Positions 52,648 through 64,000 of a stretch of 64,000 nucleotides of DNA are shown in pieces. This DNA is from Octopus sinensis. Its lineage: Eukaryota. The notes beneath the pieces were generated by a model, which did no database searches, had not been told where the DNA came from, and worked only from the letters and a program-made list of their open reading frames with translations. The stretch is from the NCBI RefSeq assembly GCF_006345805.1, contig NC_043017.1, positions 27,032,001 through 27,096,000 of the forward strand. Direction: 5' to 3'. The position numbers were made by a program, and so were the translations under genes. How positions within the stretch are numbered: the first letter of the stretch is position 1; every line of letters begins with the position of its first letter.

Positions 52648-53058
52648 ATTTCTTTACTACCCACAAGGGGCTAAACACAGAGGGGACAAACAAGGACATA
52701 CATAGTTATTAAGTCGATTACATCGATCCCAGTGCGTAACTGGTACTTAATTTATCGACTCCGAAAGGATGAAAGGTAAAGTCGACCTCGGCGGGATTTG
52801 AACTCAGAACGGATCGGCAGACGAAATACCCATTTCTTTACTACCCACAAGGGGCTAAACATAGAGGGGACAAACAAGGACAGACATATGTATTAAGTCG
52901 ATTACATCGATCCCAGTGCGTAACTGGTGTTTAATTTATCGACTCCGAAAGGATGAAAGGCAGAGTCGACCTCGGCGTAATTTCAACTCAGAACGTAACG
53001 GCAGACGAAATACGGCTACGCATTTCGCCCAGCGTGCTAACCTTTCTGCCAGCTCGCC
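52648..53058 (-). mobile_element. SINE family A dimer
   Basis: Junction GTAAAGAAATGGGTATTTCGTC on the minus strand at ~52830. Confidence 0.92.
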
Positions 53059-53277
53059 GATCATCCTCATGAAATGGACGGATGAAATGGATTTACTCGA
53101 ATAAGCTGTATTTATGAAAGTAAGAACTAGGGTACTAACGAATAGGATGCATTTACTGTAAGACTGAGGTTGGAGTATTTTTAGAAGTTCAACCAAATAA
53201 AATTAATTATTTTTGCACTCCGTAGCATTATGACATATTTCTGCTCGAGATTTTAAACTTGTCAGATGGGACAAAAA

Positions 53278-53665
53278 TCTCTCTCTATATAAACGGCAGT
53301 TTGTCTGTGCGTGTTTCTGTGTGTCTGTTTTCTCGTACCCTCACCCTGATCACGGCTTTCAACCGATTCTGATGAAACTTGACACACACATAGCCCAATG
53401 TCATAATTCAAAACTAACGCAGCGAAAATTTTGAAAAGTTCCCCCAGTTCTGAAAAAAATCGATAAATTCGACATGGGGTCGAGAATAAAAAAAAACAAA
53501 CCACAGACTGTCTAGGGGACGCAACTCAACCTTTTATTACTCTCAAAAAAAAAATTTACCATCATTTTTTTTCCATTTTTTGGCTATTTTTTGGCTATAA
53601 CTCTCTAAAAATGCTTTATAGTTATTTCCCTTACAAACCTGAGCAACGCCGGGCGATACTGCTAG
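53278..53665 (+). mobile_element. Non-autonomous Helitron (different 5' half, shared 3' end)
   Basis: A|TCTCTCTCTATATAAACG...CCTGAGCAACGCCGGG-CGATACTG-CTAG|T. The last ~125 bp are shared with the 4161 and 55487 copies. Confidence 0.9.
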
Positions 53666-54101
53666 TACTAAATAAAACAGAGAAGATTGGAATGTGTTTC
53701 GCAGCGAACGAATTATTAGACTTCATTGAAACGAAACTGAATATTTTCTAGCATGAATAGCAAGTTAATAAATGAAAAAAAAACTGTGGTCTTTAAAAAT
53801 CTAAAACGTAAAATGAAATCAGAGATTGTAGAAGATAACTTCAATAAAATAAGAAAATCGATTTATTTTTAGGAAAAGGATAATGTAGATAGGTAGGCGT
53901 GAACCTTACTGTCAAAGTGATTTGGGGAAAGTATATGAGAATGTTCGACCTCAGGAGACCTCGATGATGAAGCATATTAAATTTTGTTGGTGAAGCAGGC
54001 TTGAACAATATACGTAGGAATAGACAGACTGCACCGACATATGTGTGAATATCAGTTAAACTTTTAAGGAAACCAGTCAAGACAACGCGGATAGATGCAA
54101 A

Positions 54102-54332
54102 ATGGCGGCGAGTTGGCAGAATCGTTAGCACGCCGGGCGAAATGCGTAGCCGTATTTCGTCTGCCGTTACGTTCTGAGTTCAAATTCCGCCCAGGTCCAC
54201 TTTGCCTTTCATCCTTTCGGGGTCGATAAATCAAGTATTAGTTACGCTCTGGGGTCGATGTAATCGACTTAATCCGTTTGTCTGTCCTTGTTTGTCCCCT
54301 CTGTTTTTAGCCCCTTGTGGGTAATAAAGAAA
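54102..54332 (+). mobile_element. SINE family A, full length with 14-bp TSD
   Basis: TSD CGGATAGATGCAAA at 54088-54101 and 54333-54346. Confidence 0.97.
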
Positions 54333-54564
54333 CGGATAGATGCAAACACACACAATCTGAAAAAAGAAAGAAAGAACGTTGACATCCTTACGAAGAAGAA
54401 TTTATCGTCATTAGAAAATAAGAAAGCATTTCTTATGTATCCACGGTCATTAATATGAAAACACAAACCAAAACCGACCAAATTTCTTGCAAATGCAACA
54501 CCCTCCAGGGTCAGCACCACCACCGACAATAAATGCATAATTGTGACAGACGTAACGGTGGAAG

Positions 54565-54948
54565 GAAGAACTCCGTCGGTTACGACGACGAGTGTTCCGG
54601 TTGATCCGAATAAACGGAACAGCCTGCTCATGAAATTAACGTGTAAGTGGCTGAGCACTACACAGACACGTGTACCTTTAACGTAGTTCTCGGGGGTATT
54701 CAGCGTGACACAGAGAGTGACAAGGCCGGCCCTTTGAAATACAGGTACAACAGAAACAGGAAGTAAGTGTGAGAGAGGGTTGTGGTGAAAGAGTACAGCA
54801 GGGATCACCACCATCCCCTGCTGGAGCCTCGTAGAACTTTTAGGTGTTTTCGCTCAATAAACATTCACAACGCCAGGTCTGGGAATCGAAACTGCGATCC
54901 TATGACCGCGAGTTCGCTGCCCTAACCACTTGGCCATTGCGCCTCCAC
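54565..54948 (-). mobile_element. tRNA(Arg)-like SINE family D, full length
   Basis: Minus strand GTGGAGGCGCAATGGCCAAGTGGTTAGGGCAGCGAACTCGCGGTC..GTTTCGATTCCC. GACGTAACG repeated at 54549 and 54951 (TSD). Second copy at 56435. Confidence 0.9.
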
Positions 54949-55486
54949 GCGACGTAACGATATTACTATTGTAAACAAAGCCAGTTGATCCAAGAAGAAG
55001 ATCATTAACAGAACTGAAATGCCTCTTAGAAATATTCTGTTATTCGGAATCTATATCTTTACCGGAACGTTTAGTACGTCTCACAGTCATGCCTTCGGCT
55101 ATATAGAGTTCGGTGATATTGATTTGTTTCGGAGGAACAATGAAACGACTGATATTTAATTTGTCTCCATTTCGAAAGTTGAATCTTCCTTGTGCTGCAC
55201 CGAACGGATTCGAGGTTTGTATTGTTTAATTGTCATTAATAATAAACATTTTTATGTCATCTTCGCGCCATACGTAGATATACATAAACATTAAAGATAT
55301 TATTAGCATACAATATACGCATATGCAAACACACACACACACATATATATATACATAAATATATTCATAGATGTGTTCAAACATAATACGTTCATCGAAA
55401 TATGAATCCATCCATCCTTTTACCTACCTGCCTACCTACATAACTACCTACCTATCTATTTATCTATGTAGATATATATATATATA

Positions 55487-55881
55487 CTAGCAGTTTCGCC
55501 CGGCGTTGCTCGGGTTTTTAAGGGAAATAACTATATAAGCATTTTTAGAGAGTTATAGCAAAAAATAGCTAAAGAATGCATTAAAAATGGTAAAAAAATG
55601 ATGGTAATTTTTTTTTTAAATTGTTGACTCATTGTAGACATTTTTAGAGAGTTACTTCCCTTATATAATAGCGAAAAGATGCATTAAAATGGAAAAAAAT
55701 GACGGTAATTTTGTTTAAATCGTAGACTCATCGTAGACGCGCGCTAATACCTAGAAGGGCTCGATATGAATCACGACTATAAGATACCCGGTTTTGTTTA
55801 AACTGCACCGCAAAATGTGGGAGTAGTTAGGAATCTAAATCGTAGGAGACAGACACACAACTTCTCTTTTATATATAAAAA
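55487..55881 (-). mobile_element. Non-autonomous Helitron (same family as 4161-4552)
   Basis: CTAG 3' end at 55487-55490 with hairpin; colinear with the 4161 copy. Confidence 0.9.
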
Positions 55882-55891
55882 TATATATATC

Positions 55892-56206
55892 CTTGCGAGT
55901 GGATTTGCAAGCTGAAAGTAGCCCCGTCGTGTATATGTATATATATAAATATATATGTATGTATGTATGTATGTACGTATGTATGTGTATATGTTTGTGT
56001 GTGTTTGTCCCCCCAACGTCGCTTAATAACCGATGCTGGTGGTTTTACGTCTCCGTAACTTAGCGTTTCGGTTAAAGGGACAGATAGAATAAGTAGTAGG
56101 CTTACAAAGAATAAGTCCTGGGGTCGATTTGCTCGATTAATGGTGGTGCTCCAGAATGGCCACCGTCACATGACTGAAACAAGTAAAAGAGTAAAAGAGA
56201 GTAAAA
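55892..56206 (+). mobile_element. SINE family B, 5'-truncated
   Basis: End of head, microsatellite and full tail ending (AAAAGAGT)n. Confidence 0.85.
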
Positions 56207-56219
56207 TAGCATACGTACA

Positions 56220-56259
<40 letters not shown>

Positions 56260-56434
56260 AATATACATAATTATACACGTGCACGTATATATGCGTAGAA
56301 ACTATAATATTCGTATGTGTCACAGCTTTAAGAATTCTTTGTAATCTTACAATCACTTTAATATCAAGTCACTTTCGTCTCTGCATCCAGCATTTTGTAT
56401 TAAAAGCAGTATATTTTGTGAAGAAATAGAATAA

Positions 56435-56806
56435 TGGAAGCACTCCGTCGGTTACGACGACGAGCGTTCCGGTTGAGCCGAATCAACGGAACAGCCTGCT
56501 CGTGAAATTAACGTGTAAGTGGCTGAGCACTCCACAGACACGTGTACCCTTAACGTAGTTCTCGGGGATATTCAGCGTGACAGAGAGAGTGACAAGGCCA
56601 GGCCGGCCCTTTGAAATACATGTACAACAGAAACAGGAAGTAAGAGTGAGAGAAAGTTGTGGTGAAAGAATACAGCAGGGATCACCACCATCCCCTGTCA
56701 GAGCCTCGTGGAGCTTTTAGGTGTTTTCGCTCAATAAACACTCACAACGCCCGGTCTGGGAATCGAAACCGCGATCCTCTGACCGTGAGTCCGCTGCCCT
56801 AACCAC
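56435..56806 (-). mobile_element. SINE family D, ~20-nt 5' truncation
   Basis: About 90% identical by eye to 54565-54948. Confidence 0.9.
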
Positions 56807-57219
56807 GATATTTCAAATGGCAGTAACTTCTGTCCGTCTCTCACTTAGCCAATCCTCCAGCCTTTCGCCATGATATATGTATATATACATATATAGATAA
56901 GTGTGTGCCTCTGTATGTTTTTATATGTTGGTTTATGAATCAACTTAGTTATTCGTATACACATTCAAAAGAATCATACATGAATATTTATGTACATGTG
57001 TGTGTTTGTATACGTGTGAGTGTGTGTATGTTTATGTCTGTGTGTTTTTGCGCGAGTGTCTGCGTGTGTGTTTGTGTGTTTGCATGTGTGCTTGTATATG
57101 TGTGTGTGTATTTTTGAATGGCCTTCAATGTTTGCTAAAACATACCTACGTTGTCTGTGTTACATTTCTCTTCATAAATATATCTCACTGACACACACAT
57201 ACACATATTCGTGTATATA

Positions 57220-57229
57220 AGTGAATATA

Positions 57230-57268
<39 letters not shown>

Positions 57269-57273
57269 CATAT

Positions 57274-57321
<48 letters not shown>

Positions 57322-57412
57322 ATATGCATATTTGTATATGTATATATATACATATATATATAGGGCATACGTATATACGCTTGTATATGTATACATATAT
57401 ATAGATATACAT

Positions 57413-57443
<31 letters not shown>

Positions 57444-57491
57444 CATATATGCACATACATATATATATATATATACATACATGTATATGTG

Positions 57492-57527
<36 letters not shown>

Positions 57528-57545
57528 TTATATATTTATATATAC
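57220..57545. repeat. (TA)n/(CA)n microsatellite
   Basis: Direct reading. Confidence 0.95.
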
Positions 57546-58068
57546 ATCGTCGTCTATATTTGTGTATCCACGCTTATATTTGAAATACTATATATATCTT
57601 CCATAGACCTCTCTTTGTAAATATATGTATGTGATTGTCTGTGCGTTTATGACTATCTGTGAGTCTGCGTGTAGGCTTCTCCCTCCCTGTAGTGTGGGTA
57701 CCTATAATATATTCCTAGAATCCACTGAGATTTCATCATTTGACAAGCTTTTCAATTAAAATTCCCCAAATCGTGTCGCCTGATATATATATATTCTATA
57801 TTATATTGATGAAAGAATCGGACATATTTTGTCCCATTTCAAACAAATGGCAGCGTCCGATTGTCTAGAATTTTAGAGACTTTTATCAATATATATTCCC
57901 CCCTCCGCAACCGCAGACGGTCCCCTAAGAATCACTATGGGAAATATACCTACAATAAAGATCCATATTAAGAATTGATGTATTACAAATGATGATTTAT
58001 TCTGACAATAGCCAAGACCTATTTTCCGAACGGACTCATTGCCCAATGAATCAAGTTGAGCGTAACAC

Positions 58069-58161
<93 letters not shown>

Positions 58162-58246
58162 GATTATTATTATTGTTGTTATTATTATTACTATTATTAT
58201 TGTTGTTGTTATTATTATTATTAGTATTATTATTAGCATTATTAAT

Positions 58247-58297
<51 letters not shown>

Positions 58298-58391
58298 ATT
58301 ATTATCATTATTACTATTATTGTTATTAATAGTATTATTTTTATTATTATTATAATAATAATTATTATTATTGTTATTATAATTATTATTA
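58069..58391. repeat. Long imperfect (ATT)n/(GTT)n trinucleotide tract
   Basis: Direct reading; the source of the poly-I/poly-N/poly-L ORFs. Confidence 0.97.
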
Positions 58392-58407
58392 TATGTAAAT
58401 ACAAACC

Positions 58408-58441
<34 letters not shown>

Positions 58442-58525
58442 TGTGTGTGTGTGTGTGTGAGTATATATATATAGAGAGAGATGTATGTAAATAGTTATAC
58501 ATATGCACGTGCGCATATACATCAT

Positions 58526-58571
<46 letters not shown>

Positions 58572-59358
58572 CGTGTGTGTGTGACTTTGCACCTAGGTGT
58601 GTGATTGTGTGCCTGTGTGTTTCTGTGTGTGGATGTAAATACTCATGGATGTATATACGTATGCATGTATCTCAGTATATATGTCTATTTCCTCGCAAAC
58701 TCCAATGAATATGGGAATCGAGTCACACGACATCGCAAGCGTACTTGGTTTATTTGACAAACACCAGCAATATCACATGAATTGTGTCCATCCTAATGTC
58801 GACATTGAACGTATATTATATCAGATACTGTCATTTATGTTATTAATCTTTCATAGATTTATATCATACAACGGCTTGATGATGTAGAATCCAAATTTAG
58901 CAAAACTATGTACAGTATATTGTCGAAAATCTCAAACGACATTATGAATTATTTTTCTAGCAACCATTTCCCGATTTTACGAATATACTAGAGAATAAAA
59001 TGAACACTCAAACTGAATTTAAAATGGCTTTATTTAGCACCTTCGGCAGTCCTGGTTTTTCCACTAGCTTCTATAAATATGTTCAATGTTTTGGTGACAT
59101 AAACCTTTTATATAACTCTTTGCCGAGACATTTGAATATACTACCCACCTGTTGGTCTGGTCCATTCTTTCACTATGAACGCCTTGGTTGTCATATTCCA
59201 TTTTATTCCAATAGTCTCTCTGTCTTCCCCAACTGCTGATGTCTGAGATCGCTATCCTTTTACTTTCCTCTCATTTATGATATTCTGTCATTTAAGCCTT
59301 TTAGCAATCGAATTCACTCGAGTATGGCGACTTCTTTCTTTCCGATATGCCGCAGAAA

Positions 59359-59776
59359 GGCGGCGAGCTAGCAGAGTCGTTAGCACACCGGGCGAAATGC
59401 GTAGTCGTATTTCGTCTGCCGCTACGTTCTGAGTTCAAATTCCGCCGAGATCGACTTTGCTTTTCATCCTTTCGGAGTCGATAAATTAAGTACCAGTTAC
59501 GCACTGGGATCTATGTAATTTTGACTTAATGTCTTTTTCTGTCCTTGTTTGTTCCCTCTATGTTTAGCTCCTTCTGGGTAGTAATGAAATAGATATTTCG
59601 TCTGTCGTTACGTTCTGTGTTCTAATTCCGCCGAGGTTGACTTTGCCTTTCATTCTTTCGGGGTCGATAAATTAAGTACCAGTTATGCACTGGGGTCTAT
59701 GTAATTGACTTAATGCCTTCTTCTGTTCATGCTTGCCCACCCCCTATGTTTAGCCCCTTGTGGGTAATAAAGAAAT
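59359..59776 (+). mobile_element. SINE family A dimer
   Basis: Junction GTAATGAAATAGATATTTCGTC at ~59580-59600. Confidence 0.92.
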
Positions 59777-60110
59777 ATATATATATATGCCACAGACCTT
59801 GTTTCAAATAAAATTGTAAAACAAAAGTTGGGTACGATGGTAAATCGTTTCAGTAATTCGAATGAAAACTTGGGAATTATGTACTATATTTAGACACCGG
59901 TTACTATACATTCCATGTATAAACGTTTAGGGTGTCTGTGTGTGGGAGAAGCTGAAAACAAGCGCAAACACATGGATCTAAGCAGGAGTTACTGGCAAAC
60001 TCTGGTATTTTCCCAACTGAGCTGTATGCATGATCATTGGAGTGTGATCAAGACCAGTTAACACCGTTGTCATAAATGTTGTATGCATAGTCATTCACAA
60101 TTCATTGGAT

Positions 60111-60515
60111 TTACTCTTTTCTCTTTACTCTTTTACTTGTTTCAGACATTTGACTGTGGCCATGCTGGAGCACCGACTTTACTCGATCAAATCGAGCCCG
60201 GGACTTATCCTTTGTAAGCCCAGTACTTATTCTATCGGACTGTTTTGCCGAACCGCAAGATGACGGGGCCGTAAACACACCAGCATCGGTTGTCATGCAA
60301 TGCTAGAGGGACAAACACAGACACTGAAACACACACACACTCATATATATACATATATACGACAGGCTTCTCTTAGTTTCCGTCTACCAAATCCACTCAC
60401 AAGACATTGGCCGGCCCGGGGCTAGAGCAGAGACACTTGCCCAAGATGCCACGCAGTGGGACTGAATCCGCAACCATGTGGTTGATTAGCAAGCTACTTA
60501 CCACACAGCCACTCC
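60111..60515 (-). mobile_element. SINE family B, near full length
   Basis: Reverse-complement match with a short internal microsatellite. Confidence 0.92.
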
Positions 60516-60651
60516 GGTACACATTTTTCGATGTGCATATTTGTTCAGCACTTCGGAGTCACTATCATCATTTCAGAATGGTTTAGCTTGTGCCTGCAAT
60601 TCACCTCCTAGAAATAACAACCCAATTACTTGAAATGTCTGTGTATGCGAG

Positions 60652-60729
<78 letters not shown>

Positions 60730-60952
60730 GATACATACATTCAAATACCCATATACAAACATGCACAAATATATACATATATACAAACATACACAGAAAC
60801 ATATCTATGTATCCATATATCTATCTCTCACTATATATGTATGTATCTCTCTGTACATATATATGTATCTCATTTTCTCTCTCTCTATTATATATGCATA
60901 TATATGTATATATATGTACATATATATATATTCATATATAATATATATATAC

Positions 60953-60986
<34 letters not shown>

Positions 60987-61536
60987 TATATATATATATA
61001 TATGCATATATATATATGTATATATATACACACACACACTAACTCACACACACAACATATAACTCTCTCTTTCTCTCTATATATATATATATATATTATA
61101 TATTTATGTATAAATACATATATACTATATATACGTACATACATAGATTTACAAAGAAATCCGGCATTTATTTTCAACAGCTCTGCCCCGTCAGGGCTGA
61201 CCTCGAGCAAACCGATAACATATGACAACAACAATAGGAATTTCACTTTTATTATGACTCGAGTCACGATTAATTCTGAATAAATATAAACGTTTTCCTG
61301 TGATCTTAGTCGTCCTGTTTATTCATTCCTGTACAAAAGCTCGGAGCTAAGGATGCACGCTGACGGTATGAGTTCAGAAAAGTTTAATGACTGTTAAAGC
61401 AAATGTTGAATTACTAGAAAGGAAATAAACCGTCTGCCTGTTTGCAATACCTTTTTTTTTTACTCCAAATTCTGTCTAATTTTTGATAAACAAATCTTGT
61501 CTGCATCGACAAGGAAAGCAAGATGGTATTGTATGA

Positions 61537-62010
61537 GGCGGCGACCTGGCAGAAACGTTCGCACGCCGGGCGAAATGCTTTGCGTTATTTCATTTGCCGT
61601 TACGTTGTGAGTTCAAATTCCGCCTAGGTCGACTTTGCCTTTCATCCTTTCGGGGTCGATTAAATAAGTACCAGTTACGCACTGGGGTCGATGTAATCGA
61701 CTTAATACCTATGTCTGTCCTTGTTTGTCCCCTCTGTGTTTAGCCCCTTGTGGGTAATATAGAAATAGTTATTATATGAGGCGGCGAGCTGGCAGAAACG
61801 TTAGCACGCCGGCCAAAATGCTTTGCGTTATTTCGTCTGCTGTTACGTTGTGAGTCCAAATTCCGCCGAGGTCGACTTTGCCTTTCATCCTTTCGGGGTA
61901 TATTAAAGAAGTACCAGTTACGCACTGGGGTCGATGTAATCGACTTAATACCTATGTTTGTCCTTGTTTGTCCCCTCTATGTTTAGCCCCTTGTGGGTAA
62001 TAAAGAAATA
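61537..62010 (+). mobile_element. Two full-length SINE A copies head-to-tail (61537-61766, 61780-62010)
   Basis: A ~14-bp target GGTATT(A/G)TATGAGG occurs at 61525, 61768 and 62011. Confidence 0.95.
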
Positions 62011-62150
62011 GGTATTATATGAGGTAATATAGTATTATATAAAGCAATATGTCTGAGACTTAGCGTTCCTTTGATGTTAATCGGCTCCCTCTACAATGAC
62101 ACGGAGTACTGATGCTATGCTAAGACGGTGAGCTGACAGAATCATTTGCG

Positions 62151-62233
<83 letters not shown>

Positions 62234-62240
62234 ATATATA

Positions 62241-62457
62241 CTTTATAAATAGGTTCAGCAAAAATTTGCTTCACCACATACTGAAGTTTAGAAGCTGCAG
62301 TGAAAAAATCTTAGCTATTCCTTCTACTTTAAAATCTTTGCTGAACCTAATTATAAAGTATTACTTAAACTTACCATGAAATGGTCTTTTTCATGCCGAA
62401 TTCTACTTGGTGAAATTACTGATTAGTTCTTAATTAATTAATTTTAGCCTTTGTCAT
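62241..62457. mobile_element. Small (TA)n-embedded fold-back element (36.5-kb family)
   Basis: 22-bp inverted repeat 62241-62262/62337-62358; body and tail homologous to 36462-36722. Confidence 0.7.
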
Positions 62458-62507
62458 TATATATATATATATATATATTATATAGATAATATATATATAT
62501 ACATATA

Positions 62508-62540
<33 letters not shown>

Positions 62541-62554
62541 CATACAATAATACA

Positions 62555-62588
<34 letters not shown>

Positions 62589-62617
62589 GTATATATTATA
62601 TACATATATATATATAC

Positions 62618-62660
<43 letters not shown>

Positions 62661-62736
62661 TATAACATATATATATATACATATATATATATACATATAT
62701 ATATACATATATATATACATACATATGTATATATAT

Positions 62737-62794
<58 letters not shown>

Positions 62795-62813
62795 ATATAT
62801 ACATATATACATA

Positions 62814-63466
62814 TACAAAATGGGGCAAGAACGCAACGCATCCAGACTATTAGGTGATACAAGAAAGAGTCAATAGAATATCCAGATAGACGATACAGAG
62901 AAAACAAGGACGGGTCATTCGAAGTTTTCCTTCCTCAGTCGAGTTCCAGATCATCTTTGCGATTTCGGCTTGTTATATTCGGCATTGCTCCAATCTGGCC
63001 AGCTCCAAGTAAAAGCAAGTAAGAGCATTAGATTCCGTAGCAGCGAATGTATACAAAAACATGGGCGGAAAAAACGGAGAACATTACACAAATACAAATA
63101 ACAGGACATATCAACAGTTTTCTTTCGACTAAGGACGTATTAAATGAAGCCAGCGTGTGTGGAAGTAAAGACTTACGGCAGGGATGCAAGATTTCCTGGG
63201 AGGGCGCCTCTGATTTCGATTGCATTCGCTGCTTTCTTCCAAGGAATCTAAAGCTTTTAGCTTAGTTTTTCGTTGGGGCTGGCCAGATTGAAGCAAGCTC
63301 GAGTATAACCAGCCGAAATTGCAAGGATAATATTGAACTCGACTGAGGAAAGAAAACTCCGAATGACACGTCGTTTTTTCTTTCTATCATCTATCTAGAT
63401 GTTTTGCTGCCCCTTTCTTGTATCACCTAACTATCCGGTTTTTTTTGCGTTCTTGTCCCATTTGTA
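62814..63466. mobile_element. Fold-back element between (TA)n tracts: arms 62814-63051 and 63221-63466
   Basis: Arms about 80% identical by eye and reach both microsatellite borders. Each carries CTGAGGA..GAATGAC..GTC (atypical HHR-like). Confidence 0.85.
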
Positions 63467-63623
63467 TTATACATACATATATATATATTTACACTCACAT
63501 ATATATATATATACATATGTGTGTACACACATATATATATATATACACATATATACATGCATCCATATATATATATATATTTACATATATATATATGTAT
63601 ACATGTATATATATATTGTATAC

Positions 63624-63657
<34 letters not shown>

Positions 63658-64000
63658 GCATATATACCTATATATACAGATATGCATGTATATATGTAAG
63701 TGAGATAATAGTTTCATTATTAATATTGAAACTCTGAAAACAGAAAGAATTATCTCGCATAACAATGTGGAAGTTACTTTCTCACTTTTGACACGTAATA
63801 CTGAAATAATGTAAGAGAAAAGAGCTCGCATAAGGCAATAAGTTGAAAAGCTTTTAGCGCACATGACACTGCATGGCCCGTAAGTAAGCTTTGTATAAAA
63901 TTTGAATGAGATTGGCTGGGGAGTTATAGAATTGTAGTGAAGCACACAATCAGACAGTCAGTGTGACAGACGGACGGACAGACACACATTATGAATTTTA

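Overview
AT-rich, microsatellite-saturated animal genomic DNA, most likely an Octopus/coleoid cephalopod intron or intergenic tract (inferred from the tRNA-derived SINE families and the (TA)n/(CA)n/(GATA)n load). I find no host protein-coding gene I can name. Nearly all supplied ORFs are microsatellite or SINE read-throughs, and only a few weak exon candidates exist. The window is a transposon graveyard. It holds at least four tRNA-derived SINE families (>25 copies), three non-autonomous Helitrons, and decayed CR1, RTE, RLE-type non-LTR, mariner, hAT-MITE and Chapaev3-like pieces. The most interesting signal is a set of Penelope-like-element (PLE) derivatives sitting in (TA)n tracts and carrying hammerhead ribozyme (HHR) motifs. 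A 5'-truncated PLE (24388-26491, GIY-YIG remnant) has a fully canonical type I HHR in both arms of a 177-bp inverted repeat. A second fold-back (9500-10320) has an HHR with the compensatory U3:A8 core, and several minimal HHR-like variants occur elsewhere. All five solo motifs lie on the minus strand, and plus-strand copies are mostly damaged or paired with an antisense arm. All folds, alignments and family assignments were done by eye or from memory; nothing was computed or searched.
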